DNA of 60,000 bases from Lytechinus pictus (taxonomy: Eukaryota): NCBI RefSeq assembly GCF_037042905.1, contig NC_087251.1, forward strand, positions 9,426,001 to 9,486,000, written 5' to 3'. Under the pieces are notes generated by a model, which searched no databases, was not told where the DNA came from, and saw only the letters and a list, made by a program, of their open reading frames with translations. A program made the translations under genes and the position numbers. The first letter of the stretch is position 1, and every line of letters starts with the position of its first letter. Shown here piece by piece: positions 50,836 through 60,000 of this stretch.

Positions 50836-52703
50836 GGGCCCGTTTCTCAACACCGTCATAAGTCTAACTTCTTGACTAAATCGGAGTGAGCTACTTGTCC
50901 ACTAACCGTTTCACGAAGCTCTCTTTACCAAGATCGGGTACAACAACCTCACTAAATATTTATGACACCTCCGAACCTGTCATAACTTCTTTCTTAATGA
51001 CGTAGTGGCATCACGTGGGTAGACTATGACTAGACCAAAAGCTTCAGTCTCTGTATTTTGGTTGTTCCGCTGAACTACGTTGGCTCCACACACCATACAT
51101 AGACTGAAGGGGATGGGGCCCCGTACCTACAGCCAACGTATAGTGAACTAGCGTTTTATAGATCGCGATTTAAAACTGTTTTTTAAGCAAAATTGAAAGT
51201 TTCATGGTTTCCATTATCAGGTAAATATAAATAACTTAAGTAATTGCATACCTTGGGCCGGAGTTATTGAAAAAAATCCTCTGGATGATTGAGAAATCTG
51301 TCATCTAAGACATTTTCACCTGACCTGACGGTTTTTCTTGCAAGTTGCCATCTTGAATGACGTCATTATCGTTATTAACTTAATGTCTCGAATCGATATA
51401 TCGCGATTATAACTAGTACTAGTATAACTAGTATCGTTTATCTTCGGTTTCGTTCGCATATGGAGCAGATCGTATAATATCGAAAGCAATATCGATATCA
51501 CATTCGTAATTGTTGACGTTCGTTTGTAAATATTTTATAGTTTGGCTGCCATTTTGACCATTTTTATCGTGTTCAACCCAATTAAACATCGGTAAAGTAT
51601 ATTTTTCATGCCTTTTTCATCTATATCGTTTAAAGTATTTAAACAATGAGATATAAAGTTTTAAAAGTTTGTTGTTTATACATCCTTAGATTGTAAATTC
51701 GATGTGTAAAATTACATCAAACTTTGGACTGTGAATTGACAAAAGGGAGGGAATGAGAACACATGCGAGCCCACACGTACACCCTACCGTCGGTAAATGG
51801 GGATTACAGTAAAATGTCAGAAATTGTTGAATAAATCCCCAGAAACGACGGTTATTCCTGTCTAGACTATGACATGCAAAAGTGCCTAGAAATTTTAAAA
51901 TTATAATCTTACGTAATCAATCATCGAGGTTGAAATTACATCACAAAACAAGTGGGATAATGCATTCAATGATAATTGTAATACAAAGAAACTATAAAAA
52001 CTGTTGGTAAAACGCCACGAAACCATTAATTTTGAAATAGTAAAATGATTTAATCGATAAAGATTCTACCACGTCAGGCCATCCATAACTGAACTCGTAT
52101 TTGTTGTTTTCAGACCCCTATTAAAAGTTGGATAATTCTATCTCTAATTTATGCATATAATTTGTCAAATTTCGTATGTTTCGGTATCAATTATTAAAAA
52201 ATGTTTCGTTAAACTATAATTTTGATGACTTTCGGAGTCATAAAAGACCGTATAATTATCATCATTTTACAAAGAAAACCGTTATGGTTTACTTTCGTAA
52301 ACTATTAAAATTTGATATCCCGGGGGTATCCATCTCAACGTCCACAAGTGATTTTTAGTCATGAAATGAATTATTCATAATTTAATTTTCTCTGCTATTG
52401 AATGCTCCAGTCTTCATGGTCTAAGTATGTATGATGCATAATTCACCTGTGCTTTTATTTTGAAAAGATTTATTTCCCAATTCATCACAATATTTGCAAT
52501 TTTGTCATAATTTTTCTTTTTGAAAATTATGCTATTTTGTGACTAAGGCTACGTCTCGTCTGCTCTTTTTACCGATAGTATCGATATCAAGGTATGCTAA
52601 GTTAGGAAGCCTTTGGAGAAACAGGTTTAGTAAGATTGGAACTAACTCCGTGGTTGGTGGATAAAGATATGACTAACTTGTCCATGTGTTGAGAAACGGG
52701 CCC
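50836..52703. mobile_element. PIF/Harbinger non-autonomous element
   Basis: TIR GGGCCCGTTTCTCAACAC / GTGTTGAGAAACGGGCCC; 3-bp CAG on both sides. Confidence 0.85.
51031..51864. mobile_element. Academ-like non-autonomous element nested in the Harbinger element
   Basis: Termini TAGAC...GTCTA; perfect 9-bp TSD GACTATGAC (51022-51030, 51865-51873); second copy at window start shares the same end. Confidence 0.75.
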
Positions 52704-55700
52704 CAGTAACCCAGGGAACTCCCGCCCAGGAGCTTACCGTGTATTTGACCATACTCACGGGACTAGCGTGATTTATGGTCTAAATATTTCTCCAAATGAA
52801 TTGTGAAAACAGAAATTATGCACTTACCACGATTATATGGATGAAGGTCTAACGAGTGGCAGTTTCCTGACATCTGGGCACAGACCACCCATGGGTTCAT
52901 ATTATCTCGCATGCGAAGGAATATCAGTCATATGCACGCGACACACACGACAAGTCAAAAAGATAGTGGGCTTTTGCCCACATAAAATATCACCAATAAT
53001 CTGGTATTTCACATTCTGCTATGACACTTACCGAATCATTTAGATCATTCCGTGACTTCTCCTTGAAGTTTCTTTTTAAAAATATGTATATTTTCTTGAT
53101 CTTTAGTGAAGATTTCACGGAGATAAAATTTGGTCAGAGTAGATATCAATTTTCGCCTAAAGAGGGCGCGCGATTTATATTCATATCAAAGACATGACAA
53201 GGGAAAGATTAGGAACCTACAATATTTTACACGCAAATCGATGCAAGGCATTACGCGAAGTCCGTGAAGTGTCCAATCTTTTCATTGTATAGACTTTGGT
53301 ATGCCGTGACGTTCGTTAATACTGCTTGTACTGCTGGTTTCGTTCCAGGCATGTGTATTTAAAAAATATATATATACAACGTTCTCGCTTCCACGCATCA
53401 CGGTTGGCGGGCGCCGACAACCCTGAAAATTTTCAGGGCAAATCCGCCAACCGTGAACTTCCCCGACAACCGTGGCCGACAACTGTAAAACAGGCCTAGA
53501 TCCACACAAAAAAACTGAATAATATATTTAAAATAAAAACAATCTGCTTTTCAGATCCTAAAATAAACTTGTCGATTATTTCTTCCACGATTTCTTCCCG
53601 GGATTTCTTTGCTTCGCTACTATGCTGTATACGATACGACCTCGACTCGAGGCCCAATTTAACTCTCTCTCTCTTATGTGGGAAGTGCGAAGATGTTTAC
53701 CTCGCATTTATTTGCTTATCGCATTGCTCTCATTATTTACGTCTTTAAAATGGTAGTAAAATACGCTCAAAAATAAAGTGAGAAGAGAGGGGTACCGTGG
53801 GTTACTGGGTTGGGCAATGTAATTTAGATGTTACGAATTTCAGTTGATATTGTCATTTATTTTTGTCAAAAGTAAAGTGTGTCAAAAAATAATATAAAAA
53901 TTCGATCAAAATTTAGTTTCATCTCGTCCCAGGCCCCAGCCTTATTATAGCTACATCTACATGAATTCATTGAATGCATTTCTGATGACACTGCCGTAGA
54001 ACGAATTGAGAAAATTATTAAAAGATCACGTTAATAATGACAAAGCCACAGGAATGGATTGATATAATGTCCAACTCATTTACTTACAGCAAAATGATTA
54101 TTCACATTTATATTCCAATTTTACTCCATAATTTCCAAAGTCTTGATCTCTACATCGATCTTTTGAAAGTGTTGATTAATTTCGCGACGGTGTGTCTACC
54201 AAGTTCTGTGTCACTGCACTAGCGCTCGCCATGGCCACATACATAATACAAATCGCACATGGCATCAAAATCTATCCGAGTCTTCCAAAATTAGATGGGA
54301 TCCAAAACCGATTTGAATGTTTTTTTTTTCTTCAGATATTCATTGAATCTGTTATAATTTTCATAAGTAATAATCTTTATTAATTTTATTCACGCTTTTT
54401 ATCATATTACGACTCTTTTTTTAATGTGAGTTATACGTACAGTGTATTTTCATTTGTTTTGTTCTTTATTACTCTTTGCCTGCCAATTAAATAATGAACG
54501 CACCTGTCACCGTCCTGAGAAATGTTTTTAGTCATTACAGTGAATGCTTCATGAATTTGTTGTACAATTGCTTAACAACTCCCGGTAACAACTACGATTT
54601 AAAATAAAATATTATTTGAAATTAATTTGTGTAAAGGAGAAAGAGAATAATGGGAGGTGGTCGTGGGCAATGTAAATGAAAATGATGAGATGTTTGTGAC
54701 TTTGTGGGGGAGGGGATTGGCGAAAAGAAGTCAATGTTCGGAGCGAATTAAATTAATATTCTTTTATGGATGTGTCTACTGTGATTGTGGCTGCATAATC
54801 TTTATGGCGAGTGGAAAATCAACCCTTGGACTTGGTCGGGAGGGGTACGTGATTCAATAGATTTCAATAAAAGTACACATTCAACAAAGTGGAATTGACA
54901 ATTCATTCACAGATATTTATTTCAGGGCCGCGGAAACAGGGGGGGGGGGGGCTGGGTGGGCTTCAGCTCCCCCACTTTTTTTTCCAATACCGTGTACAAA
55001 AACAGGACCACCTGATTGCGTTTTTTGCATGATGGTCAGCCCCCCCCCCCCCCACTTTCAAGACCTTTCCGCGGCCCCTGCATTTCAAGTACGAATTATT
55101 GAAGTTGATATGTGTGAACGTTTTAGAGGATATGTATTTCGTTTGCCCACGCCCACATGAGTCGCTAGTATAATTTGAATATCGCTGGATGAATTTTTCA
55201 ATTTCACTTATGTCGTTATATATGTTTTATATCGGAATTGTGTTTTATATATAGAGTTATCTTTACAACGTCGTTAGCCTAATTACTGCGAGTGGATTAT
55301 ATTTATGAAATGAGTTGGAATGTGAACGAGACGCCCCAAAGCCGATGGCACGTGATCTAATTAGTATTCACTTTCTGGGTTGAGCCAATCATTGTGCTTG
55401 AAAACGGGTTTCCCCGAATTCCCGCCCTTGGAATGACTGTGTACCATGTGCGTGACCTGTTAACCTGTTGTATGAATGCGAATCAGCTGGTTTCGTGACC
55501 TCAAATATTCTTCATGTTGTTTACGCTGGATGGGGGCTATAAAAAGATCTTTCTGACTCTTTTTTTTTTCAATTTTAATAATCTGTTCGTGAATTTCTGT
55601 AACTTGAAAACTGATGCAATTTATTGAATCACGTACCTCGATCTTCCCACTCATGGTGCAAGAAAATATTTTTAAAATTTAAAATCGCCAAAATATACAT

Positions 55701-57578
55701 GTAAAGAAAGATTATGCAGTCGTCATCATCAGTAGTAGTATAGACATGTCTATAAATATGCATTCGCTTCGAATATTGACTTCTTCACCAATCCCACACA
55801 CACGTACGATCTCAACATCCCCTTGTCATTGTCCACGCCACGACCCCTCCCCTTTCGCGCTCCCCCTTCGACCATCCTAGCTACAACCCCCCCCCCTCTT
55901 CCTCTCTTTCACACACGCTGTATTTGTAGGCCTACATAGTGCATTATTTAAAAATACAAATCTGCTTTCCTGTCAATTAAGCTTTACTTTCAAAACATTT
56001 TAAATCGCAATTAATTATAATAAGAACAAAATCGTAATATTAAAGTATGATGAATGACAAAAAATATTTCTCCCGCTCGTGATGGACACATTCATTATTT
56101 TATAGGCGAGTATAGAACAATACAAATGAACATAGCAATAATTGACAGTGATAAACGAATCTTGATTGGATATTATTAGTATAAACATCATCAGCAGAAG
56201 TCTTAATTATGAGAGTTATAGTTTCAGTGAGTATCTGAAAACAAAACAAACATGCAAATTATATCGTCTCATGAATACCGATGCCCATTATTTGGAAGCC
56301 TCGGAAGTTTTCTCCCGAGGCTTCCAAACAAAGTCGGAACAATCTTTGGATTGAGTAAGGGCGTGGCGCGGCGCGCATGCGGTCCGTAGATGTAGGGTCA
56401 TTGACACGCATTCACAAAATGAATCGCACTTTCTAAGGACGTAGCGATCTAGACATTGGAAAGTATGGAGTACGTTATCGATGTCATTGATGTGAATAAA
56501 TCTATAAACTGTAAGTATAAAATGAGATTGAATTTAAATCTTTTCTTTTGACCTTTTTCATCAGTACTTGCCTTTCTGCTTCAATCGATCGCAAATCGCG
56601 CAACCGTTACGGCTGTGTGGCCGGAGAAGCATTAAATAGACATAAAATGTGGTGCATTTAGCAGCAATCTAAGCTCGTCGATATTGATATTTTCGATAGC
56701 TACCGCGCTCCGCGAGGGAGGGGGGACACCCCCCTCCCGCAACCCTCCCCCCGTGCGTGCTTCGCACGCACCAAGGCCGCTGCGCGGCTTGCGTATCATC
56801 GCTTCGCGCCGCCAGGCCAAGCGTCAGAATGAACCTGGCGAGAACGTTGTATATATATATTAGTCATCGTTTTAAATTGATTGCAACAAAAGTGTTATCA
56901 TCGCAAATAGTAATCTTGAATTATGTTTTTGAAGGTATTTTATTTATTGGTGCCCATAATTAGTAAATTAATCATAAGAATTTGGTCAGAGTAGATATCA
57001 ATTTTCGCCTAAAGAGGGCGCGCGATTTATATTCATATCAAAGACAAGACAAGGGAAAGATTAGGAACCTACACTATTTTACACGCAAATCGACGCAAGG
57101 CATTACGCGAAGTCCGTGAAGTGTCCAATCTTTTCATTGTATAGACTTTGGTATGCCGTGACGTTCGTTAATACTGCTTGTACTGCTGGTTTCGTTCCAG
57201 GCATGTGTATTTTAAAAAAATATATATATATTAGTCATCGTTTTAAATTGATTGCAACAAAAGTGTTATCATCGCAAATAGTAATCTTGAATTATGTTTT
57301 TGAAGGTATTTTATTTATTGGTGCCCATAATTAGTAAATTAATCATAATAATTGCGCATTCAAAGAATTTAGACACAGTTATAAAATTACCGAGGAGCTG
57401 AATCAAGGTTGTGAAATTTATTAGCGCCACCAACGGGCTTCTTTGTATTTCCGTAGAAGAGACAAATGAAGTCACTTGCTAGGCCGAGGTAAGCGAAATT
57501 TGCTCTTTTTAAATGAAATAAGTATAATATCATATGTATAATTTTGTTATGTATTGCTACTTACCGGAAAGAGCCCTG

Positions 57579-57750
57579 GGGGCCGTTTCATAAAGCTGTT
57601 AGTAAGTTAAGAGCGACTTTAAGAACGACTGGTGAACCCTTCTCACGCGCTTAACCATCACCAATTCAATATACCATTTACCACAAGAAAGGATCACCAG
57701 TCGTTCTTAAAGTCGTTCTTAACTTACGAACAGCTTTATGAAACACCCAC
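57579..57750. mobile_element. Harbinger-like MITE
   Basis: GGGGCCGTTTCATAAAGCTGTTAGTAAGTTAAGAGCGACTTTAAGAACGACTGGTGA with its near-perfect inverted counterpart. Confidence 0.75.
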
Positions 57751-57942
57751 CCGGTGCGTAGCGAGAAGGAGTTTCGGCAAATATTACTTCAGCAATGAAG
57801 CAATGTTTGCCGACTACTTCGAAATCTACGGTCAAACACGGTCCGGTGTACGAGGTTCGTATATATATATATACGAACCTCGTATTAGTGTGAGTGGGCA
57901 CAGACGGGAACCTCAAAAAACAAAAAGTTCTCTCCTTCTACC

Positions 57943-58548
57943 TAGCCAGGCGGCTTCTAGAGAGTAAAAATCATTTACTAACGTAAGGTTACTCTCATAC
58001 GAAGCCAGGCCTTCTATCTCATAGACCCACACAAAGGAAGCCAAAACCTGAAACTTTCACCCCGAGCTTTCTACTTTCCTTCTAAAAGATCTAGCTCTAA
58101 ATCATGTACATGGGATAAAACTTCATTTCCGACATTTCTACGCTCTTGTGTTATTTTTAAAACAAGAATTCATCAAAAAAATGAAAAAATATTGTGAAAA
58201 GACGGAAGAGACTTGCCCGATGTTTACGCCGCCATCTTGTTTCTTATTGTACTTCCCCAACGTTACACGATGCTCGCGTCTCTTCCGTCTTTTCACAATA
58301 TTTTTTCGTTTTTTTGATGAATTCTTGTTTTAAAAATAATAACAAGAGCGTAGAAATGTCGGAAATGAAGTTTTATCCCATGTATATGATTTAGAGCTAG
58401 ATCTTTTAGAAGGAAAGTAGAAATCTCGGGGTGAAAGTTTCAGGTTTTGGCTTCCTTTGTGTGGGTCTATGAGATAGAAGGCCTGGCTTCGTATGAGAGT
58501 AACCTTACGTTAGTAAATGATTTTTACTCTCTAGAAGCCGCCTGGCTA
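57943..58548. mobile_element. Young foldback element with ~270-bp TIRs
   Basis: TAGCCAGGCGG...CCGCCTGGCTA; 8-bp TSD CTTCTACC; ~60-bp spacer; arms nearly identical. Confidence 0.88.
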
Positions 58549-59519
58549 CTTCTACCCCCATCTCGATCGGCCATTTTTGTTATGAATTTTAACAAAATGG
58601 CCGATCGAGACTGGGGTAGAAGGAGAGAACTTTTCGTTTTTTTTGAGGTTCCAGTTTGTGCCCAGATGTCAGGAAACTGCCACTCGTTAGACCTTCATCC
58701 ATATAATCGTGGTAAGTGCATAATTTCTGTTTTCACAATTCATTTGGAGAAATATTTAGACCATAAATCACCCTAGTCCCGTGAGTATGGTAAAATACAC
58801 GGTAAGCCCCTGGGCTCCCGCCCGCTGCGCGGGCGGGAGCTCCCTGGGTTAGCGCCCAGGAGCTCACCGTGTATTTACCCATACTCACGGGACAAGGGTA
58901 GATTATGGTCCAAATATCTAGCAAGATAAATTGTGAAAACATTGCGCATTAAAATGATTGTGCAGTACAAATTATACACGCGGGAGAGTAGGCGCAGTGT
59001 CCACAGGAACGGTAATAATCGATTTTACGAGAGAAAAAGAAGGATAAATAGGTAAAAATTAATTAGAATTTATCAAAAGTTAAAACGGCCTAGAACAAAT
59101 AATAATATCCGTCGTCAATCGTTGAATCATGTGCCAGAGCTCGGTAGAAGTAGTGAGACGATCATTTAGCATGTTGACATCATAGAACTGATTTGGAACA
59201 GTAAAAATATTCCGCCACCACGATCGCGATGAGAATTGGCCGTAAACTCACCCGATGTGTTTAGGGCCCTGCATCGTATACATCCAGGTCCAGAACTCAG
59301 TGAATCACGGGTGGTCGGTTTCAAAAGGAGGGTGCAAATGTAGGTAGGACAAAAAAAAGCGAAAAAGCAATTCTAGTAAAAAGCATTACCTTAATAATAT
59401 ATTCTTTATTAGCATTATTATCAGATCGGTGATTTATAGATGGCAAATATAGCGATCTTCAACGCTTATATATAAGCGTCAAAATTTGTAGCCATCCCCT
59501 TGTAGTAGTCTATATTATA

Positions 59520-59840
59520 CGACGTGTCAAACTGTAGTAAACCAGTTCGCTATTTTTCGGATCTCTATATATACACGAGGGGGAATTGTAGCAAACTAGT
59601 TCGCTATTTTTCGGATCTCCTCTATATATACACGAGGGGAAATTGTAGCAAACTAGTTCGCTATTTTTCGGATCTTCTCTATATATATACACGACGGGAA
59701 ATTGTGGCGAACTAGTTCGCAATTTCTCATCTCCTCTCTATATATTATAGAGCGTGTCAAATTGTAGCGAACTAGTTCGCAATTTTTCTGATCTCCTCTA
59801 CATGTACAAGGGGGAATTGTTACCAACTAGTTTGCTATTT
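59520..59840. repeat. Minisatellite, ~57-62-bp unit, 5-6 copies
   Basis: AATTGTAGCAAACTAGTTCGCTATTTTTCGGATCTCCTCTATATATACACGAGGGG repeated. Confidence 0.85.
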
Positions 59841-60000
59841 AGGGGGGGGAGGGGAAAGAGAAAAAGAAGGGAGAGGAGGGGAAAGAGGAAAAAGAGGAAA
59901 GGAAAAGAAGAGAGTACTGGGGAAGAAGAAGAAAAGGGAAGGAGGAGGAAAGAGGAGAGGGGAAGAGGAATAGAGGATGGAGGAGGAGAAAGAGGAAAAG
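59841..60000. repeat. Purine-rich low-complexity tract
   Basis: Almost exclusively G/A. Confidence 0.9.

Larger units (their letters stand above)
52724..58815. repeat. Pair of 162-bp inverted repeats (52724-52885 / 58654-58815) bracketing ~5.8 kb
   Basis: Near-identical reverse complements, each next to a GC-rich hairpin (50806-50831 once the Harbinger insert is removed; 58814-58840). Confidence 0.75.

Noticed and set aside
53155..53172. CTCF-like AGAGGGCGC motifs (also ~3111, ~57013)
   Set aside because: Partial matches within repeated DNA; not distinguishable from chance without binding data.
57421..57495. Possible exon ending GAG|gtaagc as a continuation of the 44.7-kb gene
   Set aside because: Very short, embedded among repeats, and without supporting protein features; cannot be assigned.
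59520..59840. Repeat-spacer array
   Set aside because: The apparent spacers are variants of the same sequence; it is an ordinary minisatellite.

Overview
AT-rich, intron-containing animal genomic DNA. The repeat families resemble those of sea urchins (inference, not verified). Three host genes can be reconstructed from splice signals: (1) a 4-exon UDP-glucuronosyltransferase on the minus strand (15070->10356) with a frameshift late in exon 1; (2) a ZC2HC1C-like double C2HC zinc-finger gene on the plus strand (34411-37652) with a candidate RFX X-box upstream; (3) an unidentified plus-strand gene (4 phase-compatible exons, 44710-50643, 3' end not found) encoding an acidic/coiled-coil protein with two LC8-type QT motifs. 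A near full-length RLE-type (HERO-like) non-LTR retrotransposon lies at about 16.8-19.8 kb. Its single reading frame has two nonsense codons and opens with a signal-peptide-like segment. The rest is dense with non-autonomous DNA transposons (hAT-, Harbinger-, Kolobok-, Academ-, CACTA- and Crypton-like), often nested. These include an 8.3-kb foldback element built from ~1.5-kb modules, which carries a Penelope-like fragment with a minimal hammerhead ribozyme motif. No CRISPR, rRNA or tRNA was recognised. All calls were made by eye, without database searches.
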